The notes beneath the pieces are model-generated. The model saw nothing but the letters and a program-made list of their open reading frames with translations, was not told where the DNA came from and ran no database searches. From Octopus sinensis (lineage: Eukaryota), in contig NC_043000.1 of the NCBI RefSeq assembly GCF_006345805.1, positions 115,878,001-115,942,000 of the forward strand: DNA of 64,000 nucleotides, read 5' to 3'. The translations under genes and the position numbers were made by a program. Shown piece after piece: positions 38,742 through 50,291 of this stretch. Positions within the stretch are counted from its first letter, which is position 1. Every line of letters begins with the position of its first letter.

Positions 38742-38910
38742 TTACATACACGCTTCTTTCAGTTTCCGTCTACCAAATCCTTTCACAAGGCTTTGGTCGG
38801 CCCGAACCCATAGTAGAAGACATTTGCCCAAGGTGCCACGCAGTGGGACTGAACCCAGAGCCATGTGGTTGGTAAGCAAGCTACTTACCCCACTGCCACT
38901 CCTGCGCCTA
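38465..38910 (-). mobile_element. Composite A+B SINE
   Basis: B tail, (CA)n/(TA)n, A head on minus strand. Confidence 0.88.
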
Positions 38911-38911
38911 T

Positions 38912-39501
38912 GTGTATTTTATAGGAGGACTTTTAACTGATGTCCACTGGTTTACCGACCTTTTTCAGACTGTGACATCGGGTACTTCCGGACACAGTCG
39001 CTTGGACTATGTGCTTGAAAAATTTTCCGCTTGTTAAACCTGGCTTCTTTACAGTTTTATGCTTAATTCGTTACAGAGAACGTTGATAAACTGTCCTCGA
39101 CTGACCTTTGTCGGCTCTCTTACATATCTTCGTATATAGCTGTAACATTTTTTTTCAGAATTTGGTGATATCTTCCAAGTATTTTAGATATTTCTAAAGT
39201 TGATTGACCTTTTGCAAATCCAGAAGTAATGACAGATTTCACGGAAGCAGTTAAGTCACATTTACGATCCATAATTTCACGATTATCAGATCATTCGTTA
39301 AGAATTTGGAACACTGAAAGTTATTGGAAATCATGCAAACGGCAGTGATTTATCTCACTGCGCGCAAAACCTCAGGTCCTTTACACACCATACGCATATA
39401 AGTGTTGCCACCATTCTGTGAGAATTTTGTTGAATTGCAGCAAGCGTTTTTTAGAATAAAATAAAGAATGTTACGGCGTTAATAATTTGAAACGCAGTTT
39501 G
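38912..39501 (-). mobile_element. 5' half of a second, different Tc1-family transposon
   Basis: TA|CAAACTGCGTTTCAAATTATT terminus; MDRKCDLTASVKSVITSGFAKGQSTLEISKILGR helix-turn-helix start, then GSTRC..L and stops. Confidence 0.7.
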
Positions 39502-39745
39502 TATGTATGCATGTATATGTGTGTGTATATATATATATATATACACACACACACGCAAACATACACACGCACACATATATATATATTATATGTGTCGAGT
39601 TGTGTCTCCCACTACGTGACACCTTGGCAGGTGTCTTCTACTATAGCCTCAGGCCGACTAAAACCTTGTGAGCGGATTTGGTAAACGGAAAGTGAAAGAA
39701 ACCCGTCATACATACACACATACATACATACATACATATATATAT

Positions 39746-39769
<24 letters not shown>

Positions 39770-39776
<7 letters not shown>

Positions 39777-39978
39777 CTAGTTTCAGCTCACGAGCTGTGG
39801 CCATGCTGGGGCACCGCCATTTGGTGTTGCTACATGGTTTTACTTCACGAATGCTTTTTAGCAACTGCCATTTGGTGCATGAGAGAGTTCGATGCAGCTG
39901 CCCTCATCTGCCCCTCCTGCCGTGAAGTTGGTTCATCTGGGATACCTGACAAGAAGAGATCCAGTTTCATTTTAAAGA
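39770..39978 (-). mobile_element. CR1-group LINE extreme 3' end
   Basis: [32 protein letters not shown] matches 30900-30990; tail GGCGGTGCCCCAGCATGGCCACAGCTCGTGAGCTGAAAC. Confidence 0.88.
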
Positions 39979-39979
39979 A

Positions 39980-40015
<36 letters not shown>

Positions 40016-40404
40016 GTGTGTGTATATATATGTATATATATATATATGTGTGTATATATATGTATATATATATATGTGTGTGTGTATATATATATGTGTA
40101 TATGTATATATATATGTGTATATATATATATATGTGTATATATATATATGTGTATATATATATATATGTGTCTGTTTATATATATGTGTGTGTGTATATA
40201 TATGTGTGTATATATATATATATATATGTGTATATATATATGTATATATATATATGTATATATATATATGTGCATATATATATATATATGTGTATATATA
40301 TATGTGTATATATATATATATGTGCATATATATATATATGTGTATATCTATATATGTGTATATATATATGTGTGTATATATATATGTGTATTTTTATATA
40401 TATG

Positions 40405-40471
<67 letters not shown>

Positions 40472-40550
40472 ATGTATATATTATATTATATGTATATGTG
40501 TATACACACGTACATGCATTTATATATATATATTAATTATATATACATAC
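39980..40550. repeat. ~570-bp (TA)n/(TG) compound microsatellite
   Basis: Direct reading. Confidence 0.95.
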
Positions 40551-41119
40551 ACATATAGAATTTGCTGTACAGCAAATATTGATATCCATACATACGTACA
40601 TACATTCAGTATCACAAGATCAATATTGTAATCAGAATATTACAAAACAGTAAGGTAATATTTTTCAAGAATTTCGTAACTCCATAATTTTATATTTCTT
40701 CAATGCGTCTGTACCGGAAATGATTTGCTTATGCAAACATAGTAAGCTGCGAGATCTCTTTAGAACAGCCTCACCTTGGGCTACCAAATAAAAAAATGCA
40801 AGAATATGCCAACGAAAAACAAAAAAATATCAAAACTATTTGAATTTTGTGTCTATTTTCCTTTGATAATTGTTTCGTATTTGCATATGGAAGCATTTAT
40901 CTTTCATATTTTATTTTTCATTTGGTTCGGTCGTTAGAATTGCTGAGGCAGTGTGTAGAAAGGTTTTAGTCGAACGAATCGACTCTTAGAATTCTGATTT
41001 TCAAGTTTTATTCTGTCAGTCTCTTTTGCCTAAGCGCTATGTTTTGGGGGACGTAAATAAATGAATGCCGGTTGTCAAGCGGCGATAGGGCAAACAAACA
41101 TATACACATCCATACGTAA

Positions 41120-41157
<38 letters not shown>

Positions 41158-41161
<4 letters not shown>

Positions 41162-41757
41162 CAGTGTACATTAAAACACAGTAAGAGGCTTCCATCATAG
41201 GAATCCATTACGCTAGAAAGAACAGTTAAAGTCCAAACCACTAATTAGGGATAAATTCTCGAAGGGAATGAAAAATAAAAACATTTACCATCTAATTTAA
41301 TTCCCGGACCATGGTTTCTCACTTATTTCAGTGAATGAAAATTATTATTTACTGAGGCGAAGTCTTCATCAACGGGTACGCCTTAGATTAAATATACAAA
41401 CAACGAGGTCAATATACAAACAACGAGGTAAACTCATTGCTTGTACATTATAATTTTTTTCAAATCCACTGCGCAATCGCAGTCTTTTGTCGGCAGCAAA
41501 GAGGATGCCGGTAAAATCTTCGAACAAATCTACCAGAAATCATTATACATAAATAATATCAGGGTAATAAAAATTATGGAAATTTTTACTACCAGTGGCC
41601 TAGCGTACAAAAAATTAGTCAATAGACTATATATTATTCATATTAAATACAGTGTACATTAAAACACATTAGGAGGCTTCCATCATAGGAATCCATTACG
41701 TTAGAAAGAACAGTTAAAGTCCTAACCACTAATTAGGGATAAATTCTCGAAGGGAAT
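41158..41757. mobile_element. ~600-bp element bounded by ~113-bp direct repeats (TRIM-like or PLE-derived, unclassified)
   Basis: 41158-41270 vs 41645-41757 differ at about 4 positions; a diverged solo copy lies at ~32830-32950. Confidence 0.6.
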
Positions 41758-42187
41758 ACACATACACATAGATATGCAGACAAACAAACACACACACACG
41801 TCCATACACACATATATATAGCGAAGTTACATGCCCTTAAGTAGTTTGATTGATTCTGATCTTTAGGTCACAAGTTCGGCTCTTTGTTCGATCAACATTT
41901 TACGTCCTTCAGCAAGACACTCCACTCTACGTTCTTTCAACTCACTCAGTCGGTAGTGTATAATAGCGCTAGATGAAGCTTTCCGTTCAGAGCGAACTCT
42001 TGCACGATCAGTCGGCAAAGCCCACGGTTATTGATTGAATTTACTGAAAGCCATTAGTGAAATCACGTTAAGAGTTGATAGCAAATTATCCTTTATTCTA
42101 ACTCACCTCTGCATCATTCTATCTTTCTCACTCTTTCTTGCCAATCAAACAACACGCATACACACGCATGCACACACACGCACACAC

Positions 42188-42222
<35 letters not shown>

Positions 42223-42330
42223 TATATATATATATACACATCTATGTATAAGGCCGAACTTTACGAGAAGGATTACACAGCAAATCTCATTGAAGTTATG
42301 CTACACAATGCTTCACCAAAACTACGTCAT

Positions 42331-42398
<68 letters not shown>

Positions 42399-42516
42399 GC
42401 ATATACACATATACACGCATATATATACATATACATTATGTATATGTATATGTATATATATATATGTGTGTGTGTATGAATATATATATATTTATACATA
42501 CATACCTACACACTTA

Positions 42517-42558
<42 letters not shown>

Positions 42559-43804
42559 CACATACATATATGTGTTTATATAACATCTATTAATATGAAC
42601 ATAAATAATATGCGTGTAAATGCGCGCGGCCACGTGTGCGCACGTGTGTGTGTGTCTGTGTCTCCAGAACTAGTTAGTAAAATATGAATTATTTTGTCAA
42701 CATTTGATATCCCCGAATCAGTCTCAGGAAATTACTTGTTTATGTAAACAACATGAATATTTACTTATAATGATTTCTGCCTGGTTTATACTTTGGTTTG
42801 TAACTATTTGTATGTGTTCTCACGGGTCCACTTTTATTCTCTCAGTTTGACTCCCTATCTGTCTCTCTCTGTATCTCTCTGTCTCTCTCTGTTTCTGTTC
42901 TTTCCAATACGATTTATCAATACATATTTATCTCTGTTTGGCGGCGGAAGTTAGCTACAGACTTTAAACTAAATCGATTTAAATATCTTTTTAAGGATAT
43001 ATAAATACGAGTCACGATGATATGTCAAATCTTATATCACTTACAGACAACTGGAAAATTGCATCATACTTCAACATCAGGTCTCTTCTATATAATCATG
43101 TCTCGCGCTGTTGAAAGTAAAACACCGTTTGAAACACCCGTAACTTGTAAATAACAGTTTCTTATACGCAATTTGTTGGTCACATTCGTTATTTCCAAAT
43201 TACACCCAGTAGATTATGTGATTACGACAACTGTGTCTATTGTTGTTGTTTTTAATCCCAGGTCAGCCGCGATCGAACGAATTATGAAACATAGGGTTTT
43301 AAGTTTTAATCATTTCTTCTAATTTATCTCTCAAAGTGTATCCAAGACAATTTTACCAAGTGTGTCCTTCCTTTTTTTTAAAGAATGATGAATGTGATTT
43401 GAGAGAGATGTGGTTGATATTTGTAGTAGCTCATACACTCGCGTAAATCGTTATCTCCCAGACATTTCGAGCACTGTGCTCCCTTTCATTGAACGCCGAT
43501 TTAAGAACACATCCTTACTACATTTTGCAGAAAAATATTAAATCTAGTAGATTATTTTAATTAATTAGGAGCTGTGTTTGCAGCTTATGTTACCTAATTC
43601 AATCTGGCCCTCGTTTTAGATATTTACGTGGTTTTAGTACTCCACGGCTCATGTTAAAATTATTTTCGAAATTACTAAAGAAGTCGAGTCTCATATAAGA
43701 GTCTAAAGTTTGTCACAAGGACAGCAATTTTAGGAGTGGATTTAGTCGATTACGTCTATTACATATAATCTTGAATTTATTATTATTGGGTAGTATTTGC
43801 CGAA

Positions 43805-44227
43805 CAGCTAAGTTACAGGGACGTAAACAAACCAATACTCGTTTACAAGCAGTGGGGTGTACAAGCACAAATGCATATGCCACACACACACGTGCGCGCA
43901 TACGTACACATAAACATATACACACTCATATAAATGACTGGCATCCGTACAGTTTCCGTATACAAAATTTCCTCACAAGGCATTAGTCGATCCGAGGCTA
44001 TTGTATAGCACTTGCCCAACAGCTAAGTTAGAAGGACGTAAACAAACTAATACTTGTTTACAGGCAGTGGGGCGTACAATCACAAATACATATGCCACAC
44101 ACACACACAATTGCGTACATACGTAACATAAAAACACATATAAATGACGGGCTTCCTTACAGTTTCCGTATACAAAATTCCCTCACAAGGCATTGGTCGG
44201 TCCGGGGCTATTGGATAAGACACTCGC
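43805..44227. repeat. ~212-bp tandem duplication of a decayed A/B SINE segment
   Basis: CAGCTAAGTTA..GGACGTAAACAAAC..CAGTTTCCGTATACAAAATT..CTCACAAGGCATT..GGCTATTG occurs twice. Confidence 0.75.
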
Positions 44228-44361
44228 TAGTGTCTTAACTCTACGGCGACGTCTGCGCCTAAAACACAGCCATATCTACTATACTTTTTTTTCCTTATGG
44301 CGTAGTTGTTAAGAATGCAGGATACTAACCCCAAGATTCCGAGTTCGATTCCAAGCAGTGA

Positions 44362-44412
<51 letters not shown>

Positions 44413-44454
44413 TAATAATAATAATGATAATAATAATGATAATAATAATAATAA

Positions 44455-45010
44455 TGCCCTGATGCAGTACCAGGCAGTGGCTCTCATGGATTCTGATCTT
44501 AACTGATTGGAAGTGTTATCATGTACATTGTTTTGTCTTGGTACAAAAGATAGCCTACTGCAAATATTCTGCTCAATACCACAGATTTGCTTCTCAGTTG
44601 TTTGACCATAACCAGTTGAGCATGTCCCTTAGTGGCTGACAATATGTGCATCTCTGATCACAAGCCGAAGTAGTGGGGGAGCATCATAGCCATGTGTTCA
44701 GAGGGATTCTTTGGGATTTGAATAATTTACCTCTGGAAACATGGGTGTTTCGTTCAACATCCTTAAGCAACCCTTATTCAGGGACCTTTTGATTGGGATG
44801 GGTTACTCGACCAGGAGAAAATTCTAACTGGGCCCCACGTGCAAAGTCATGAGCTGTATATCTTGATATGAAATCACGATGTCGCGCACATATGGTTGTG
44901 ATGCATGTGCCTAGTGTACTCTTATTAGATGGGTAGTTATGATGTGTATACTGGGCTTGGTATATTTTACAACAGTGTCACTTTGATGGCATGCACTGCT
45001 CTCTCACTCA
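44455..45010. mobile_element. Unclassified interspersed element flanked by (AAT)n
   Basis: GC-richer 550-bp block between two (AAT)n tracts; no ORF recognised. Confidence 0.4.
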
Positions 45011-45034
45011 ATAATAATAATAATAATAATAATA

Positions 45035-45180
45035 ACAACAACATCGAAACATACCTTAGGAATGAGAACCCAGGTTCGAAAAATCCCCAAGACACCTGAT
45101 GAAGTCTGGAGGATATATCAGCCGAAACGTTAACAACAAAAAGATGAGGACAAATATCCGTCAAATGTAAATAATATAAA
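45035..45180 (+). mobile_element. Penelope-type terminal repeat (family H) with hammerhead core at 45091-45131
   Basis: GACAC CUGAUGA A GUCUGG..UCAGCC GAAA CG UU; the stem I 3' strand (GUGUU, present in the 38109 copy) is deleted here. Confidence 0.65.
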
Positions 45181-45204
45181 TAAGACTCAACTTTTGTTAA
45201 TGAA

Positions 45205-45316
45205 TCTTCCTTGTTTCTTCTTGAGATATCTTGTCCATGGACAAACAAACAAGCAAAAAATAGACAAACAAACACGACGGGAAACAACACCTTCGCCTTC
45301 GCTAAGGCGGAGGTAA
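45205..45316 (+). mobile_element. Non-autonomous Helentron/DINE-1-like element, 3' part
   Basis: TTCTTGAGATATCTTGTCC, (ACAA)n, terminal hairpin ACCTTCGCC-TTCGCTAA-GGCGGAGGT then AAT. Confidence 0.55.
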
Positions 45317-46099
45317 TAATAATAATAACAATAATAATAGTAATAATAATAATAGGACAAGATGAGGACAAATATCCGTCAAATGTAAAAAATGTACATA
45401 ATTCCTCATCTCTTAAATATTGAACTGTAGAAGTTGAAATATTTATATTGCTAATAACATAGCGGTTCTCTGATATAGTCATGGGCTTTGAAATTTTATA
45501 AGCTCTTTTTTAACAGTTGTACTTTTTTAAGTAGCATTTAATTCCAGAATGGTTTGCAAACTTAATTTTTAAATTCCGAAAATAACTTCAATCCGCATTG
45601 ATATCACCTGAAGATGTTTCGGTTTCAGATGTCCAGGGCTATTCTTGAAGTTGCTTTCACCTTATTTGCAATGATTTTTTTAATTGCAAATTAAACGCAT
45701 GCGTAATTGATGTCTAGCAGTGCATGCGATGATTCTATATTTCAAATAACAAATCAATTAATAATGGCATGTCTTTAATAAATTTCAAACCGTTCAAAAT
45801 GATAGTCACCGACAAAAATCGAAAAGAATTATCTTGCACTTCTCTCCTCGATGATGATGATGCTGATAATGGTTTCGAATTTTGGCACAAGGCGACAACT
45901 TCGGGGGAATGGGAAAGTTGATTTCATTGACCCTCACCCACTAAGTTCTCAAATGGTACTTATTGTATCGACTCCGAAACGATGGAAGTTAAAGTATCGT
46001 GGAAAATCACCCTGTGAGACCTTTCAGAAGAGATTACTGTCCGCTCTTACAGAATTAAGGGGAGCAAGTAAAATCACGTGCTCTGAGAAATCAAGGGAA

Positions 46100-46105
<6 letters not shown>
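45217..46105 (+). repeat. Copy 1 of an old ~880-bp direct duplication (copy 2 at 47382-48248)
   Basis: Collinear match through the Helentron end, (AAT)n, H remnant, unique AT-rich block, C remnant and GAGAAATCAAG. Confidence 0.9.
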
Positions 46106-46147
<42 letters not shown>

Positions 46148-46185
46148 TATTATTATTATTATTATCATTATTATTATTATTATTA

Positions 46186-46750
46186 AACCGGAACTACCAA
46201 GCCAATGTGATAGAAAATGGAGCTGACCCAAAATGCCGATTCTGTAACGATGAGATTGAAAGCAAAATATGACAGAGTCGGCCAGTATTTACTCTGGACA
46301 ATATGTCGGCATTATAAAATCAAAACCGCTGACAAATGGTATAACACCATCTTGAAGCTGTGACTGAGGGAGAAAATGTGACGATTCTATGGGACTTCCC
46401 CGTACATACCGACAAAACTATAAAAGCTCATAAACCGGATATTATTATAAAATATCAGACAAAAAAGGTGTGTTTATTAATTGACATGAGTATTCCTTGC
46501 GATCACAAGATAGCGGCGAAAGAATTTGACAAGATTATTAAATATAAAGAGTTGCTAATAGAAATTGAGAAAAAAAGTTGGCTTCTCAAGGCTACTACAG
46601 TACCAGTGATTGTAGGATCTCCGGGAATGATAAAAAAAAGGTACTGAAACCTATTTGAAAATGATACCAGGCTTACCATCCCTATAGGAAGTGCAAAAAA
46701 TTGTGTTAACTGGAACGACTCTTGTACTGAGAAGAGCATCATCGCCTTAA
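46186..46750 (+). mobile_element. 3' end of a restriction-like-endonuclease non-LTR retrotransposon (R4/Dong-like), next to (TAA)n
   Basis: DPKCRFC zinc-knuckle start, ILWDFPVHTDKTIKAHKPDIIIK..CLLIDMSIP.D..KE..K..KYKEL..VPVIVG (PD-(D/E)xK RLE), VQKIVLTGT..LRR. Confidence 0.85.
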
Positions 46751-46953
46751 TAACAACATCCATTCATGAATTTATTTATTGATTGATTTTTTAAAATACA
46801 TATTTTACCTGTGATTTTGCGTGTGTAATCTAGGAGTGCATACAATAAGCTTCTCTGCCCTAGGTGTACGGAAAACACTCGTCGAGAAATGGAAGAAAAT
46901 TTGGAGAAAGAGGGAAAATAAAAATAATAATAATAAAACTTATAATAATAGTG

Positions 46954-47008
<55 letters not shown>

Positions 47009-47224
47009 TAATAATGATACTACTACTACTACTACTAATAATAATAATGAGAAGAAGAACAACAACAGCAACAAGAGCACTCAAAGAACACAAACCTCCG
47101 CCAAGGCAACAACAACGTTCTCTCAAAGATTAGCCAGAGTTGATTTTTAAAATGAGAATATCTTAAATAAATTCGAATGCTTTCACAAGTGAGAAAACTA
47201 AAAGTGAACCCAACCACTCTCAAA

Positions 47225-47480
47225 AATTAAGTATAGAAAACAAAAAAAAAGCAAAAAAAAAAGAAAACGGAAAAATAATCAAGAATCCATATCCGGTACC
47301 AGATCGATCCCGAAATCTAATCAGTTCATGCCAGTCATGAGGCCAAACATCCCTGAAAGTTTCATACGAATCGATCCTGCGTTTCTTGAGATATCTTGTC
47401 CACGGACAAACAAACAAACAAACAAACAAACAACAAACACGACTGGAAACAATACCTTCGCCTTAGCTAAGGCGAGGGTA
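47225..47480 (+). mobile_element. Non-autonomous Helentron/DINE-1-like element
   Basis: AATCTAATCAGTTC..GAAAGTTTCAT..TTCTTGAGATATC, (ACAA)n, terminal palindrome CCTTCGCCTTAGCTAAGGCGAGGG then TAAT. Confidence 0.6.
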
Positions 47481-48248
47481 ATAATAATAATAATAATATT
47501 GATAAATATAATAATAATAATAATAGGAGAAGATGAGGACAAATACCTGTCAAATGTAAATTATGTATACATAATTCTTCATGTATTAAATATAGAACTG
47601 TAGAAGTTAAAATAATTATTTTTCTAATAACATAGCCGTTCTCTGATATAGTGAGGAGCTTTGAAATTTTATGAGCTCTTTTTTAACAGTTGTACGTTTT
47701 TAAGTAGCGTTTAATTCCAGAATGGTTTGCAAACTTAATTTTAAAATTCTGAATATAACTTCAATCCGCATTGATATCACCTGAAGATGTTTCGGTTTTA
47801 GATGACCAGGACCATTCTTGAAGTTGCTTTCACCTTATTTGCAATGATTTTTTTTGCAAATTAAACGCATGTGTAATTGATGTCTAGCAGTGCATGCGAT
47901 GATTCCATATTTCAAATAACAAATCAATTAATAATGGCATGGCTTTAATAAATTTCAAAGCGTTCAAAATGATAGTCACCGACAAAAATCGAAAAGAATT
48001 ATCTTGCACTTCTGTCCTCGATGATGGTGATGCTAATAATGGTTTCGGGGGAATGAGTAAGTCGATCTCATTGACACTCACCCACTAAGTTCTCAAATGG
48101 TACTTATTTTATCGACTCCGAAACGATGGAAGGTAAAGTATCGTGGAAAATCACCCTGTGAGACCTTCGAGAAGAGATTACTGTCCGCTCTTACAGAATT
48201 AACCGGAGCAAGTAAAATCACGTGCTCTGAGAAATCAAGTGAAAATAA
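47382..48248 (+). repeat. Copy 2 of the ~880-bp direct duplication
   Basis: See 45217-46105; lacks the ~23-bp TTTTGGCACAAGGCGACAACTTC block. Confidence 0.9.
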
Positions 48249-48254
48249 TAGAAA

Positions 48255-48566
48255 TTGACCTCGAAAGGATGAAAGGCAAAGTCGACCTCGGTGGAATTTG
48301 AACTCAACGTAGCGGCAGACGAAATACCTATTTCTATTTCTTTACTACCCACAAGGGGCTAAACACAGAAGGGACAAACAAGGACAGAAAAACGGATTAA
48401 GTCTATTATATCGACCCAGTGCGTAACTGGTACTTATTTAATCGAGCCCGAAAGGATGAAAGGCAAAGTCGACCTCGGCGGAATTCGAACTCAGAACGTA
48501 GCGGCAGACGAAATACCGCTAAAGATTTCGCCCGGCGTGCTAACGTTTCTGCCAGCTCTCCGCCCT
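48255..48566 (-). mobile_element. Family C SINE dimer
   Basis: Two units joined at GACGAAATACC|TATTTCTATTTCTTTACTAC. Confidence 0.9.
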
Positions 48567-48865
48567 ACATCAAGATATATATCAAACTTAATAGAACATC
48601 GCATCCGAAGCTGTCGTTCAGTTTTTCTTTCCATGCGTCCTTTAAGCAGTTTTCATTAAAAAGATGATATATTTTTTAGCGAGTAGATTTACTTCTTACT
48701 TCTATTTATTTGGTAACACAAATTTGCTTTTGATTTATATTCTTCAGTTACCCATCCAGCTGTTCTCCTCCTACATACTCGTTCAATTAATCTTTAAGAA
48801 ACATTAAGTTGCACGTATGTGTGTGAGTATATATATATACATATATATATGAATATCTTTATTCT

Positions 48866-48907
48866 TTCATACGTTTCAGCACTAAGACATGGAGCATCGC
48901 CAGTAAA
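48866..48907 (-). ncRNA. Decayed hammerhead-like motif
   Basis: UUUA CUGGCGA U GCUC..GUGC U GAAA CG UA UGAA; A6G and weak stems. Confidence 0.35.
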
Positions 48908-48960
48908 CGTACAGACGGACGAAACGCTGTTAAGCATTCTATCTGGTTTTCTAAATATAT

Positions 48961-49261
48961 ATCACTGTGACCGACCAGACTACCAGATGTTGCTACACAT
49001 CGCTGGTCACAATGCGCTTCGCATTGTTTTAGCTTTGAAATGACGCCATCCCACTGGCTAAGGGAGCAGGCCAACAGAAGAAAGAGTGTGAGAAAGTTGT
49101 GGCGAAAGAGTACAGCCGGGATCGACACCAACCCCGGCTGGAGACTGTTTGATCTCTAGGAGTTTTCGCTCAATAAACACTTACAATGACCGGTCTGGGA
49201 ATCAAAACCGCGATCCTACAACCGCGAGTCCGCTGCCATAACCACTGGGCCATTGCGCCTC
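48961..49261 (-). mobile_element. Family D SINE, full length
   Basis: Reverse complement of 31254-31556. Confidence 0.9.
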
Positions 49262-49266
49262 AACAC

Positions 49267-49304
<38 letters not shown>

Positions 49305-49313
49305 GAGAGAGTA

Positions 49314-49701
49314 AAGATTATTTGCCAACATAACGAGCAGTCCCGGTTAGGACGAATGCTACTGCTCTTTAGCCCCAGGAAACATCATCTTCAGCTGGCT
49401 ATACGACACACGGTCTGTGTCCTTATATTTTCGAACAAGGGAGTTTAGCATCCCCACTCAGCACAAAACAATATCTCTTTATCGCGATTTGTTATATTGT
49501 TTTGCTGAAGTGAAATAAGCCAGAAATTGCGGTACAAAGATATTGTTTTGTGCTGAGTGGGGATGCTAAATTCCCTTGTTCGAAAGTATATGAACACAGA
49601 TAGTGTGTCATATAGACAGCTGGAGACGATGTTTCCTTGGGCTAAATAGCAGTAGCATTCGTCCTGACAAAGACTGCCACGTTATGTTGGCAAATAATCT
49701 G
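49314..49701. mobile_element. ~390-bp MITE with ~170-bp TIRs and TA flanks (Tc1/mariner-type)
   Basis: AGATTATTTGCCAACATAACG..GGACGAATGCTACTGCT..TTTAGCATCCCCACTCAGCACAAAACAATATCT mirrored on the right; TA at 49312-13 and 49702-03. Confidence 0.85.
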
Positions 49702-49918
49702 TACTCTGGAGTACTGTTACCCAATGTCTCTCGTTGAGAAATTTACAAATAGTAATTTTCTATTTTACACACACACACACGCACGCACGCACACACACAC
49801 ACACACACACACTCACATATATATATATATATACACACGCACACATAAACAATTCACGTCTGGAAGGTGTTTAAAAGCACACAAAGACTGTTAGATTGAC
49901 TTCAACATTTCAATTTAA

Positions 49919-49969
49919 TTTGCCAAAATATTTTCGTCACTTTGAGACCGTGACCTGTTCACTGACAAA
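49919..49969 (-). ncRNA. Minimal type I hammerhead with G3-C8 swapped core
   Basis: UUUGUCA GUGAACA G GUCAC-GGUCUCAAA-GUGAC GAAA AUAU UU UGGCAAA: 7-bp stem I, 5-bp stem II, palindromic AAUAUU stem III. Confidence 0.6.
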
Positions 49970-50109
49970 ATTCCGTGCAGCACGGAATTTTGTCAGTGAA
50001 CAGTTTTTGTGTGTTTTTAAATGGCTTATAAACACCTTCCATTCCGCAATTGATTTTGCTTCAGCACACGATCTCAGATCAGGTCACTTGCTATGCAAGT
50101 ACATCTCCG

Positions 50110-50187
<78 letters not shown>

Positions 50188-50228
50188 ATGTATATATAAA
50201 ATAATATGTTACATTTACTCAATACTCA

Positions 50229-50291
50229 AGATAAAACTCTGAGTTTCAGATGCCGAAGTGGAAATCCACAACACCATCTCTTCGGTTATCT
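50229..50291 (-). ncRNA. Hammerhead motif (U4C variant) in PLE terminal repeat, copy 1
   Basis: AGAUAA CCGAAGA GAUG..CAUC U GAAA CUCAGAG UU UUAUCU. Confidence 0.5.
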
